A stretch of DNA of 62,151 bases, the filler included, from Circinaria calcarea (lineage: Eukaryota), in assembly GCA_051942165.1 (NCBI GenBank). It is 3 parts of 3 records of this genome, joined end to end, with 100 filler letters (N's around TTAATTAATTAA, not from the genome) between each part and the next. Parts side by side here need not be neighbours in the genome. Positions count along the whole stretch, not along the records: positions 41,528 to 62,151 come from JAVECS010000169.1; 2 more parts are not named here. One strand, written 5' to 3'. The position numbers and the translations under genes were made by a program. Below the pieces are notes generated by a model, which saw only the letters and a list, made by a program, of their open reading frames with translations, did not search any database and was not told where the DNA came from. Below, in pieces: positions 50,198 to 62,151 of the stretch (its first letter is position 1; every line of letters starts with the position of its first letter).

Positions 50198-53100
50198 AAA
50201 CATTGTCCCCACAGGGAAACATGTGAGCATGAGGAACTCTATTACTCGATATGACGTCTATCTCGAACTATTGGACGCTCAGGCCAGGCGATTTTGAAAA
50301 GGCTTCGAACAATCGTAAACCCGCAAACATTATTGACGGTGTGGAGTGGCGGGACTCGCTGGAAGAACCCAAGCCCTGTCTTTGGTTATCGAGCACGGGG
50401 CTGATCATCGATAGAGTATATGCGCTGTCCAGAGCACCACCGTTTTCCCACGGCAGCTCTTTGCGGCAACCAAATCATGTTTATCACATTCCATCGAGAT
50501 CGGATAGACGTCCAGACGCATCGAAAAATGACGGGCGCTAGTCCTGCATAAACGCACCCCACAAAGTCCCAAGCACCACAGCCGAGAGGGAAGGATATGC
50601 ATTTCCGGACGGTGGGGTACGCGCATGCTTCATGTTTCAGTGTGTCATGATCTCGCATATCTTGTGCGACGTAGTGATGCGAGAGATAGCCAAAAGTCGT
50701 ACAGGTTTAGGGAAAGATAAGCATGTGAAAAGGGCATGTGTTTGGGATTTTCCGGCCGGCGGATTGGAAGATGAAAGATAGGTATCCCAAGGATATTAGG
50801 ACAATCAGCTCGGGCGGGCACATGCGCTCCTATCTCCTCTATCAATTCGGGATGAGAGCGAAGAGATGTGAAGGGAGGGAAGAAATGGCGTGATTAGGGT
50901 ATCAGCATGTGCCACACACCACACAATCTCCAAGGCAGAGGCCGAAACGTGCATGTGGAAGGGTCTAGCGTGCATCCGGAGTGCATACGGGGCTGCAGAT
51001 ACGATTGGGGACCTGACGGGGGGGCATCGAGAGGAAACGATGACAGGATTCCGGGGAAGGATTGCTGCTGATCCGAGAGGAATGCGCTAGCGTTGCCCAG
51101 ATAATCCGTCGGCGGGGCTAGTTCCGAAGCCCCCGGCGCCACTGCTTCCGGTTGGAAGGCATCAATCATTCCCCTTTCGAAAGAATCATCACTTCGACCT
51201 TACGAACAGCGGTGAAGCCTTAATTTCCCGCCATTATGTCAATCGTCAGAGTCAGGGATCCTCTTCAAGCCCTGCGTGCGCGAAATCGCCTTGTGATTGG
51301 GCGATTCGGAATCGCTGACTTCCCTCATCTCCCGCCAAGGTTGCCTTTCCCGCCAAATCCCTTATTCGGCAACCCAAAAAAGAAACCGCATCGCCTCAAC
51401 GCTTCTGACGTGGTACGGCATAGAAACGGAAGTCATGCGTGACTAAGGAAAATGTATTCCCTAGAGCTTCTCCCCCGCAATTGCAACGCAAACTGCCCCC
51501 GCAAAACCCAACGGCTCTCTATTTGCCGACATCTAGCCAAACACTCTAACTGAGTTTCCCGCTTGTCGAGGGGTCTCGGGACTATATTCGTAGAAGAAGT
51601 GACGATCTCGCGAGAGGTGACTCATCATCCCTTACGTATCATCCCGTCAGGGAAAACCCTCCCCATTAAGATGACAGTTTTCATTCCGTTTGGTTTTTCA
51701 CGAGTTCCTGAGTTGAGGCTACCCTGTTCCTTGTTTTCCATGTGGTTCGTTGGCATATACCGTCAAGGCATATACACGCACAGTTACAACTGAAACTTCC
51801 CTCTGAATCACCACTTCCATTTCCGTCCACCCGCAATCCCCACCACAATATCCTATCAGGGACTCAGCCGTTTTGCCCCTTTGATTGAGTGTACTCGAAC
51901 ACTACCAGACCACAGTAAACCCCTCCGACAACCCCCACATCTCTCTAACCGAGGCTCTCCTTGCTCTGATTGTGTTTTTCCAGTATATACCTCTTTGTTG
52001 GCAGGCAGGCAGGCAGGGGCTTACCAAGCTATGTGTTTGGCTACAAAAAGTCCCATGCTCAACAATTTCCTACGTAACCCCGTGAAAGCATTCGGTTTTC
52101 GCTGCTGCATGGATAGAATAGTTTAGATATGACACGCACACTCTGATAAGCAGCAATATATGGCATGCCATGCCACCATTACATGGCTGCCGTAAACACC
52201 TCCCCTCTTTATATGCTTCCTCTCCTCTAATAAGATCGACGATTCATAGTTTTGAATTTTATTTAACAACTTCATAATCATCCAATTCCTCGAACTCTCC
52301 ATTCTTAGCAACAGTCCAAGGGGGGGGTAACCCTGGTCTGATGCTTTGGATCACAAGATATCTGGTTTGGCCCTTTTGCTGGTTTGGTGTGGTCGGTCGG
52401 TTGGTCCCCGAAGTTTCCGCCAAAGTGTCTGTTACTGTACTGCAGTTTCTATCCTATCCCTTGGCCCTTCGCTTTTAACCAAAAACGGTTAAAAGGGGGC
52501 GGGTTCGTTTTTTCCAAAGTGATCGAGAGCCCCATAGGGGGCTAGGTATCGTTAAACATGGTCTAAGCCTTGAGTTTTTTGGATTTTTGGGTTTTTGAGC
52601 GGGGGAAGAGGGGTTGGACAGCTCATATCAACATGCCCTCTCAGTCCTTAAACGGTTGTGCTGGTGGGCTGGAAAAAAAGGTGCTCAAACCAACCAGCCC
52701 GTAACTCGTTTTTATGAGGGGGGGGCCCTCGAAGTTCTGGGAAGTTTCGGTTTCGGTTTCTTACGGTCGGTTTGCGGGACAGCTAAAACCCCCAGAGGGG
52801 TTTTTTTTTTAAAAAAAATGGATCTTAGTTTGGTTCTGGTTCTGGTCCTGGTTTTTTTTTTTTTTTTTCCCCCGAGAGTGGGGTGGATCAGGTTTTTTTT
52901 GTGGGGGGGGGATTTATCACCGAACCTTTTTTCTTTTTCTTTTCTCTCTCTGCTAGCCCTTTCCCGTTCTCTCTCGCTTTCTTTTCTAGTGTTTAAAGCA
53001 TTAGCTATGACATATTCATTTCTTTTCTATACCTCCTTCACCATTGATTCGTGCTCTCAAGGAACTTTGCTCGAAATACGATTGAAATCAGTTGTGCCTA

Positions 53101-55205
53101 TCCATTTACCCGTAACCTATCCATCTACTCCTTTTCCCTCCTTCCCCCCTTCCTTTCCCCGGCTCATTTCCTTCCAAGCTGAATACACAAAAGGCCCAAA
53201 TCTGGCTTTGATAATCTTGTTATCTCGGCATTTGATATGCTACCAACCCTCCCTCTCCTTTCGGACGCCTCCCGCACTTTCATACCCCACTTTCCTTCCT
53301 TAAAAAGCGGATAAATATACATCACCGTTTCTTCATTTCCTCTCCATGGATTTTGTTTTTTTTTGGAAAGGGGGTAGGTATTATGGCTCTGCCATATACG
53401 CTTTTTGCGTTTGAATTTCTTTTTTTGTTTTATCGTTCTCTTTTTCTGTTTTATCGTTCCACTTCTACGCCCTTTTCCTCCCCTTTGAAGCTACCCGTCA
53501 GACGGCTTGATGGTTCTATCTAATTAGTAATTAATATTAGTATTGAGCTAAATCCTTCCCTTCCGTTCCCTTTCTCCTGTTGGAAGAGCACAGGGCTTCT
53601 TGAGTTACGTGTTACCTACGCGTAATGCGCGGTCTATGCTCAACCACTCTAAACACACGATCAAAGTTACTTTCCACTACATAGCTGTTAAACAATATGT
53701 ATAGTGGTATGGGGTGCTCTCTGAGGTGTGTGACATTTCCTCCCCCTTCTCCCCCCCTCCCCCACCTTTCTTCCCTTGCTTTCCCTATCCAAGCAAACCT
53801 CGTCTTCCGTTCCAAATTCATTTCTCCCCTCCTCTCCTTTGCTTGTCCCTCTTCTCCCTACTCTCAACTGTTAGAACGTGCAATAATAGCATAGAGGAAT
53901 TTGCATTGACATTGATATGAATTTTTGCTAGTGATTCATGTATTCTAGACAGAAGGAAAAGCACATGTGGGCATAGAACCCTATGTAATATAATCGGAGT
54001 GACGGTAGCATTTCGCGTATACAACATGGGGTAGGGAACCCCTATGGACCCTGAACGCCTCGATTGCGAGCCGCGTGTACGCGAAGCCACAGTCGCTCGA
54101 ATCGAACAGCGTATGGGCTGAAATCGTGACAACAGGCTAGGGGGAAGGAGTAGGGCTGACATTTCACCGTAAATTTTAATGAAATAACTGTCGCTCGTTT
54201 TCTCATTAATTCCTGTCAAAATTCCACCAAACTTCGCCCTCCCCCCTTTCCCCTCCGCTCTCTATTCTCGCTTAGCTGATAGCGGGTTATAGTACTGCAC
54301 TTTTTATGCCCCGGACGCCTTTTTATTTTTCACCTGGAGATTGCGGTCCAGTTTTCGCCCTATGCCTAAGTATCCCGAGGGTTCTTGCCTTCGGGGTCAT
54401 GGCCGGGAGGTGGTGAAGGTATCATCGCGCTAGGCTTTGATACGGAGAGCGATCATGGGGGCCAATGAGTTTACGGAAGCGCCAAAAATTGAAGGGAAAT
54501 GGCCGTGTCGGCTATGCCGCCAGAGAACGGCGGTTGGGACGTTCTGGAGACGTGACTGGAGTACTTGATGTAGGCGCGGGGGGGTAATCGATTTGATTAT
54601 AGGCGGTACTTGCGCGCACGGCAGAGTGGTTTTTTTTTTCTTACTTGGGAATCAGATGTCGAAGCCTACCATTGAATAAAAGGGGCTCCTGAGCCTCAAA
54701 GACCCTTGAATGAAAGCAATTGAATAAGGGAGAGGGCAAGCGAATCCATACGCGAATAAGAAAGATGACAGAGGTGAAAGATATTAACAGCTTGTTATTC
54801 TTTTTTAATATAAAACTCTAATCAATTGGATCCCGCTAAAGGGGGGGTTGGGGGATTACCCACACCGCAAACTTACCATTATGGCATACAAAATTCAAAC
54901 CCTTCGGCAACGCACTTATACAGCTCCTCATTCTATCTCCCCGTGATACCCACACTATTAATCCTATATATCGTCGAGCGTTCCACACCGCGGCATTCTT
55001 CTACGAATTCAGGACAGGCCTTGGATTTGAGCATGACGAGTTCTACGATTGAGGATGAGTGGATCCGAAAGTCCTAACGGGCTGGGGGGCGCTGGTACAC
55101 GGAGAAACGGTAAAATAGGGGAAACAAGGAATGGGAACCAGGAAAAGTGGGCGAAGGAAATTAAGAAAAAAAGGAGCTCGATCCCCGGAGGGCCATCCAC
55201 CTCCA

Positions 55206-55634
55206 TTACCGTTTGGTGTGATTTGGTGCCCTGTGAGACAGAATCGCCATGATGGGTAAATAGCCTATGCGGGAGCGATAGTGGTCCAGAGTGGTAATCG
55301 TTCTGCATTTCATTTCTCCGCTTGAGGTTCCTCCACGGCTAAGATCACGGCCGCTGTGCCCACTGCACCATACTGACATCCTATTTATTGAATAGCTATC
55401 CGAGGGAATAACACCCGGGGGGTCGCCCTTTTTGCCCGTATAAATGCAATAATCGCAATTCAGGCCAATCCAATTGCGGCTCGACGATTCCAAGTCATCT
55501 ATATCATCGCAAACAGCCTGGATGCCTGGGAAAGTCTGGCTATATTGGTGATTCCGGCAGATACACCTTGTCTCAAGAGAGACTACAGCTGCTGCATTCA
55601 ATGCCGCCGCGAGTATGACTTTCATGGAGACCAT
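55206..55634 (-). CDS. Small secreted cysteine-rich protein (142 aa), effector candidate
   Basis: Signal-peptide-like MVSMKVILAAALNAAAVVS, 7 Cys, and TATA-like elements upstream. Confidence 0.55.
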   Translation of the reverse strand: MVSMKVILAAALNAAAVVSLETRCICRNHQYSQTFPGIQAVCDDIDDLESSSRNWIGLNCDYCIYTGKKGDPPGVIPSDSYSINRMSVWCSGHSGRDLSRGGTSSGEMKCRTITTLDHYRSRIGYLPIMAILSHRAPNHTKR

Positions 55635-58580
55635 GCTATTTGAGTCCTGGCTGGGATTCTTCGCCCAACGATATCTGAGACCTATCAGTGAAAGATGAGA
55701 AGAGCCTAGATAAATATATCTAAAAGGCAAGTCCGCTTTACCTTGACTGGCTATGACTGATTCCGTATTAAGATATCCAAGTCTAAAGATCTGAGTCTCG
55801 TACACTTCGATGAAGTTAGAGGTGGAAAGAAATGCTCTATATATAATATTCTTCTAGGCATCCAACGCAAATCCCCTACTTCCTCCACTTTCTCCAAAAA
55901 TGCAAGCTCAATGCGACTTTTATGAAGTATATGTCATGATGCCTCTTCGGATGCTGCTCTGCACAATAGAATGATGGATAGGGAATCGCTAAATCCTGAC
56001 GATATTGTCTTGAGTGCCCTCGGATCAGCTCGTATATGACTAGTAAACCGACTCATACCATTGCCTGCATTTTCAAACGTCGGGGTAGATAGAAGATCTT
56101 ATGCAACTTCCAGTACGATCATCATTCTTCCGTTTTTCCCTGTACATTTAACGGAGCCAGATGTCTTCTCAAGCAGAGAAGGATGATGTAGACAATGCAT
56201 TCCTGATTGGTAAACCGAAACCGCTATCGCCCCCAGAACACCTACTTGGAACCTTAGCACAACAGTGGGTTACGCACATATGCATAACTGCAGAGACAGG
56301 CGTAGCCAAGAAGTGGAGAATAATAAGCAGAGGTGCTCCTCCGATGCGGAGCACAACCTGAGCTCGGATGCAATGCAAAGCAAAGGGCAAAGGGAAGGAA
56401 TCGAAGAACTATCCTCACGCATGTATAGTGACTTGTCTTGCAGAGACGATATACCAAGGGCTCCGTCAGCCCTTTCATGGGTGCCTTTTGCTAATCTAAG
56501 TTTCGAGGAGAAATCCGGTTGAGAATCAGTATGCCGTCACAAGTACCTATCAAATTGGACAGCCTTGGCACCATGGCGATGTAATGCAATACAAGGCCGT
56601 TGACAATAAGGTATCTGGTGTACGTGGGGCTCACAGTACACTATCGGTGCAGATGCAATTCAATAGTGATGGCAATGTTCATTCGACCGGGCTATATTCT
56701 AGTCCGCTAGCAGTGGTCTCGGAAAATGCTGCAATACCGAGTGCATTTTCTTCAGCAGCGAACTCTCCGTCTAAAGAAGTTGGTTATCCAAATAACAGAG
56801 CTCCATCCTCGGACCCCTGAATCAACGCCATCTCCAGTATGGCAACATGACAGAACAGAAAAATAAGAATAAACCATATAAAGCGCCTAGGACGGTGGAT
56901 GAGTGTAGGCCGTTATAATACACATACTTAGGCACCCCGAGCACCTACAGAGATTTCGCCCGTTTTTATATCCAATTACAAAAAAACCTGGTTACGAAAA
57001 ATAATATTACTATCAGCAGCACCTATTTGTATCTAGCAATGCCGCTACCTTCCCCTTTATATTCCGTACTCCCCGGCAACTCCTGACCCCTTTAACGCTT
57101 GCCTTCCGAACTTGTCTGGCTTACATCTGCTAGCGTAACTTTCCTCTTTAAGCACCTCGCTAAATGATCCCGTCATCGTCTTTTGCTACTTGCCTTCAAT
57201 ATCAGTCTAGCTTGTTGCTGGCCGCGTAGCTTCCCCCCCCCCCACCCCCCATTATCCTTTCCAGAGGGCTCCGCAGTGTGACCCATCCCGTGGACATGCC
57301 TTACGTTCCTATGAGAGTGGTCATGACAGTTATGGTCTCTGAATTTTGCTTGGTGGTCGTCGAATGTGATGATCTCGGCCGCAAGACCAAAAAAACACTT
57401 TTGCTCACCTGCTCCTCGTGCGCCATTCCTTATCACCATCAATACCGGGTAGCTTATAGTATATGGCCCTGTCCAAATCAATTGATAATAATCCCTCGGA
57501 ACAGTGTCCCTGCACAGACAACAATAGCAGGCTTATGGTGATTGTAGAAAGCTGGAAAATGCCCTTTTTGTCGAGCTCCCTGTAACATGCCCTCCGTGAA
57601 CTCTTCACTGCCGTAAGTAGCAAAGCGGCGAGAGACCTTCTCGTGTATAGCATCTACTTTTCTATCGTGTGATGGCGGATGTTTGTTTTCCTAGGTAATC
57701 GCAAGACGAGAACAACTGGACAACTCATTCCCGCTTCGTCCCTCCAGTTCTCCACCTTTCCTCTCTCCTTCTTTGCACTTCCCGTGCCTTCGCGCATTTT
57801 CCTTCCACCCTCTCACTTACCAGGGGCTCTAGATGTCTCGGGCTCAACGAAGAAAAGTAAGCCTTCTATCATATGACCGAGTCTCGGATTCAAGGTGCAG
57901 CGGGAGAGCGTCCTCGGGAGTGGGATTTCATTCCGCTGGGAGAATACGAGGACGACTATGGGGAAAGTTGAGGAAGAGGAAGGGAGAGTGGAAAAGAGAA
58001 AGAGGGGGTTAAAAATAGGGATAGGAAGGTCGTGTAGAGGTTGGGGCACGGGTCAAGGATCATTTCTTAAAGGAGAAATGGATGAAGACGGGCGAGGGTT
58101 GTGCGGGAAGGAAACGATTGGACCAAGGGATGGTTTTTAATCACCCATAAAGGGAGGCCGTGGCCAAGTCGTCCCTTATTCTATATCCCCTATTCCCATG
58201 ATAATTCGTAGGGCGCCAGAGACCAGGTGGAAACCGAGTCTTGAAGGGGTGATGGACTTCTCGGGGCTTGCGGCTGATTTACATTACTATCGACCAAATT
58301 TGGATTAATCAGAAAGAAGAATTTCTAGGTTGAAAAGAGTGTAATCAACGCTTCTCCATATTAGCCAAGCTACCGGCTGAATTGACACCAACTGACAATC
58401 AAGCCAGTAAATTGCAGAAAGTTTGAAGTACTTGCTAGAAATAGACATTGGTTTTGCCGTCCGACTACTGCAATTGCAATTGCGATCCTTTTTCGCCGTA
58501 CGCAACGCCGCCCTCCCAAACCCCAACAACAACACCCGCCTCATACCCATAGCAGACCCTGCCGCGCACTCAGCACCACT

Positions 58581-59794
58581 TCAAGCAATATTCCTCTTCT
58601 CCTTGCGGCCCATGAAAGAAAAGTACCAACTAGGCTCCCCGTGCCTAACACGACAACCCAAGTCCCATTGACGAAGCTTGTTATGAAGCACGTAGTCTGT
58701 GTCTTCGTCACCCGTCTTAGGCTTTTGTTTGTCCATACAATCTAGACAGAGGCCGTCGAAGTAATTCCGTGTATGGCTTTCCGCCGCTTCGACTGCATGT
58801 CCAAGTGGTTCGGAACATGGGGGGCATGCGTGCTGCTGAGCTTTATAGGTGAAACCGTCAAGGCGGTCAAGGATCTTACTCATTGGAGTATTGAAGGCGA
58901 CGTCATTAAGCGGCCACACGTCGATGACCATAAGAGCTTTCTGATAAGAGAAAACAGTTTCTGCCTTACATGGACAGTTTGCTTCTCGAAGTAGCGGATC
59001 TATAGGCTCGAAAAGATCGCGATGAAGTATTGTTCGGAGTCGACCTTTGGCGGCATTCAGTTGTTCTGGAACAGGTGACGTCAAGAGTAAGTAGATGTGG
59101 GAGGGAACAAGAATTGACTTACGGATGATACGTCCCGGAAGATGTAACTGATAATGGGTTGATGGGTTGTGCTCAGTGATATGACGTGTAGATTCATAGA
59201 CCAATGTTTTGGTCGCAGACAGAAACCCTCGAGCATGGTCGAACGCCCAACAGGGAAAGAGCAGCTGGCGCGCATCCAGTTTTTTCACGTTCTGAGATCC
59301 GTACCAAACTGCGAACCAAGTGGTGAGCTTCTTGATGTCCATGCTGTACTTATCACCAGCAGACACCACATTCCACAACTCTGCCAGCGGAACCAAATAG
59401 GAACTATCAGTAGGTTTTTCGTGGAGAACACCAAGCCAAACTTCCAGACTCCAACCGCTGTCCTCCTTGAGTTCGACAACTTGCTCATTTGGTACATCAA
59501 AGCCGGGCGAGCGTAAGAGCATGGCGAGAACTGATGAGTTCGAAGTGACGACATCTTTCTTCACCCTGAATTCGGTAATCTGGCGGACAACAGATGTTTC
59601 ATCGTCGGGGTTAGCACGCTTCTTTGTGTACTCGATGACTCTAACGGTCAGATCAGCGGGATCTGAAATGCTGACACGCCTGGTCGGATGCTGTGTACTA
59701 TTGTAAGGAGGAACTGGTACCTGTGGCCTAATTTTGAATTAGCATGAACCACAAGACTTCGCGTTATAACATACGATAACTCAGCGGAATTCAT
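58581..59794 (-). CDS. Conserved fungal hypothetical protein with BTB/POZ-like N-terminus and Cys-rich C-terminus
   Basis: MNSAELS|PQVP...DLTVRV...EFRVKKDVV...LKED...VWLGVLH...AGDKY...LHLP..|QLNAAKGRLRTILHR...YFDGLCLDCM...CRVRHGEPSWYFSFMGR. Two introns. Confidence 0.75.
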
Positions 59795-61245
59795 CGCTGA
59801 GTCACTTGTATGGATCTGAATGTCAATTCGTCGTCAGTACTCAAGGCGGGCGGAACCGCCCGTAACGGTACGACAGGTGAGGAAGGAGAATGGAGGAGTG
59901 CGCTGAAGCCAGGACTTGGGTTTTGAAATGGACCAAAATGGCTTTGCGTTACGGCGGTGCGATATCTCTGAACCTGTAGAGGAGTGGTAAACAGTGATGC
60001 AGCGTGTCGATCAACTGGCATCAGTGGCTGATGGAGGAACCAGAAGGCGGACGTTGGGCAGTGAAAAATGCGGAGAGAATGAAGCGGTGAATGATTTCAG
60101 CACGCACCAGAGCAGGAGCGCTGCAGAGACCTTGGGCTTTATCAGAGGATTAGGGATTTCGAATAAATAAGGTAGGAGAGATGGTAAGTGAGAGTGGATG
60201 TAGAGTGACTATGGTTCCCTTATCCAGACGATATAGCTAACTGTAGGCACGATCGACGTGTAACAGGACAAGTTTGAAGTAGTCGATGGCTGAGACATGG
60301 AAGTATGAAAGAATTGCCGATAGTACCGGAAGTGATCTGGGACTGGGCCTGGGCCTGGCATTTAGATGAAGGACCTTTTCGGCTGGAAGTGAAGAGAGTA
60401 AAGGCAGGCCGAGTCGAGGAGCGATGGATACAAACGGTTGCATTGAAGTCCGGCTTCCCAGGACGGTAAACTGTGAGCTGAGATATGTATGTTCAACAAT
60501 CGCCACGACTTGCTCTTGGCCGGCAACGGTTGCTTCGAATGAGAGTTCGTCAACTGATGGCACTTTTATTATGCTTATTTCCCAGTCAACCCCCTTTGCG
60601 GATATCCATGAGAAGCAATGCTCTTGACTGTCTGAAGAAAATATAGTTACAATACTCTTGATCAAGTATCCCGTACGGATTGGCACAGGTGACTTCACCA
60701 CAACTACGTTCGACGGCGGCATGAGTAGTCATGCCTGAATTTGACAGGAGAATTCTCTGCAAGATCCTGTTTGTTGGGTTTCATCCACCCTCCCCCAAAA
60801 GATCAGGAGCATAACCCACGCGGAATCCCGGCGCAGTGAATGTGCTTGTAAGGTTAGGATTGGGTTATAGCCCAGGCAGAATGCTTGCGTCCCCGAGTTC
60901 AGGATACTCGTCGGCAACGGTAACAGAAACTTGAACCATATCGGCAGTGGAATTTCCCATGTCCTCGATTAGCTAATCTTTCCGTGAAAATTGCTGAGAA
61001 AAACACGTGGGGCGGAGATCTTCCGCGTCTACCTAATCTCACCCGATTGATTTTCTTCCAATTTATAATCATAGACGCCGTTTTCCATCCTTCAACTCAT
61101 TGCCTAGGAGCGTCCTTATTGTAGATATGCCTACTTGAGCTTACGTGAGTCTTACTTACTGCACTATATCAAGCTGAGCGGCCCAAAGTTTTATGACAGT
61201 CTCTACCAACAGGTCTATTTGATATCAGAAGCAATTCCCTTTAGT

Positions 61246-62151
61246 ATGTTCTCTGCAAAAAGTACACTGGCAACTTTGATTGATGGTTCAGTTCATCTTC
61301 ATGCAATGGACTTTGCCCTTTCCTCTATCTTATTGCCTATGACCTACACCCTGTGTCTACTGGGACCTCTGACTCTTGTGTTATTTGCTCGGGTCAGTCG
61401 TCGAAATCAAGAGTCCCAAGTAAGAGGATGCAGGAGGCTTGGTTTACAGACGCAAAGTAACCTTGCCGACGAACATGACCGGAGATATGGACTCGGGACA
61501 TCTGAACCCGGGAGCGGAGATGGCGCCTCGCCCTGGACTGTCAAGAGCTTATGGATCTATCCTGTCAAGAGTTGCAGGGGAGTCGAGTTAGACCAAGGCT
61601 CGGTGGTCAGCACTGGAATGGCGTATGACCGTCTGTTCTCATTTGCTCAATTACGGAGCACTTCCCCAGACCAATCAAATATGCCCAAGGACGACAACAC
61701 AGATGCCTCCTGGGTGTTCCTGTCCCAGAGACGGTATCCCTTGTTAGCGCGAGTCAACACTGAAGTATGGGTCCCTGATCCATCATCGACAACATACTCG
61801 CCCGAATTGCCAGATGTACAGAGCAATGGGGTGATTGTTGTTACATTTCCCTATCAAGACGGTACACTGAAGGGATGGATTGCACGCATCCTGAGTTGGA
61901 TAAAGGGTCAGAGGCTAGTGAAATCATTTAAGATACCCTTTGAACCTACGGCCCAGCAGATAAAGCAATTTGGATACACCACTGAGAAGATGAAGATCTG
62001 GAAAGATCAGCCAACATCGTTAAATATGTCATCGAGCATGGCACCCGGGCTAGGTCACTTCCTTGGAATGAGCAAGGATACTACGCTTGCCCTGTTCAGA
62101 GTCGACCCCAAGCACTATCGTACAGTATTACGATGTGCACCGCGAAAGGAG
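61246..62151 (+). CDS. MOSC-domain (mARC-like) protein, 5' part (runs off the window end)
   Basis: Open frame from ATG 61246 with an N-terminal hydrophobic anchor and MOSC_N motif WTVKSLWIYPVKSCRGVEL...GMAYDRLFSFA...FLSQRRYPLLA. Confidence 0.88.
   Translation, partial: MFSAKSTLATLIDGSVHLHAMDFALSSILLPMTYTLCLLGPLTLVLFARVSRRNQESQVRGCRRLGLQTQSNLADEHDRRYGLGTSEPGSGDGASPWTVKSLWIYPVKSCRGVELDQGSVVSTGMAYDRLFSFAQLRSTSPDQSNMPKDDNTDASWVFLSQRRYPLLARVNTEVWVPDPSSTTYSPELPDVQSNGVIVVTFPYQDGTLKGWIARILSWIKGQRLVKSFKIPFEPTAQQIKQFGYTTEKMKIWKDQPTSLNMSSSMAPGLGHFLGMSKDTTLALFRVDPKHYRTVLRCAPRKE

Noticed and set aside
52614..53303. 229-aa Phe/Leu-rich ORF
   Set aside because: A translation of pyrimidine and homopolymer tracts with a TTG start.
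53580..54095. Short resemblances to fungal 5S rRNA (CAGGGCTTC, AAGCCACA)
   Set aside because: The fragments are about 500 bp apart and do not form a 120-nt collinear gene.

Overview
Eukaryotic, intron-rich DNA from a filamentous ascomycete (Pezizomycotina); the species cannot be determined from this window. Two N-gaps with TTAATTAATTAA spacers (about 20.7 kb and 41.4 kb) join three contigs, so adjacency across them is unproven. The core genes are COQ6 (partial), a UBE2W-type E2, SPC97/GCP2, PUP2, KRR1, a LaeA-like methyltransferase, an RS-cyclophilin, LEU1 (truncated at a gap), creA, RAD55-like and a MOSC-domain gene (partial). The main finding is an accessory island of about 17 kb between COQ6 and the E2 gene. 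It is bracketed by two paralogous genes whose motif layout resembles the PemK/MazF fold. Inside are a GGCT/AIG2-like gene, a kinase-TM-TPR gene and a compact divergent triad: a kinase-HeLo-like-kinase-like protein, a 57-aa three-exon microprotein missed by the ORF track, and a CorA-like 2-TM protein lacking the GMN motif. I infer a candidate fungal immune or regulated cell-death module. Other points are an almost AUG-free 1.57 kb region upstream of creA, an EthD pseudogene, a probable solo LTR and a small Cys-rich secreted protein. All gene models and family calls were made by eye from motifs and splice signals, with no database searches.
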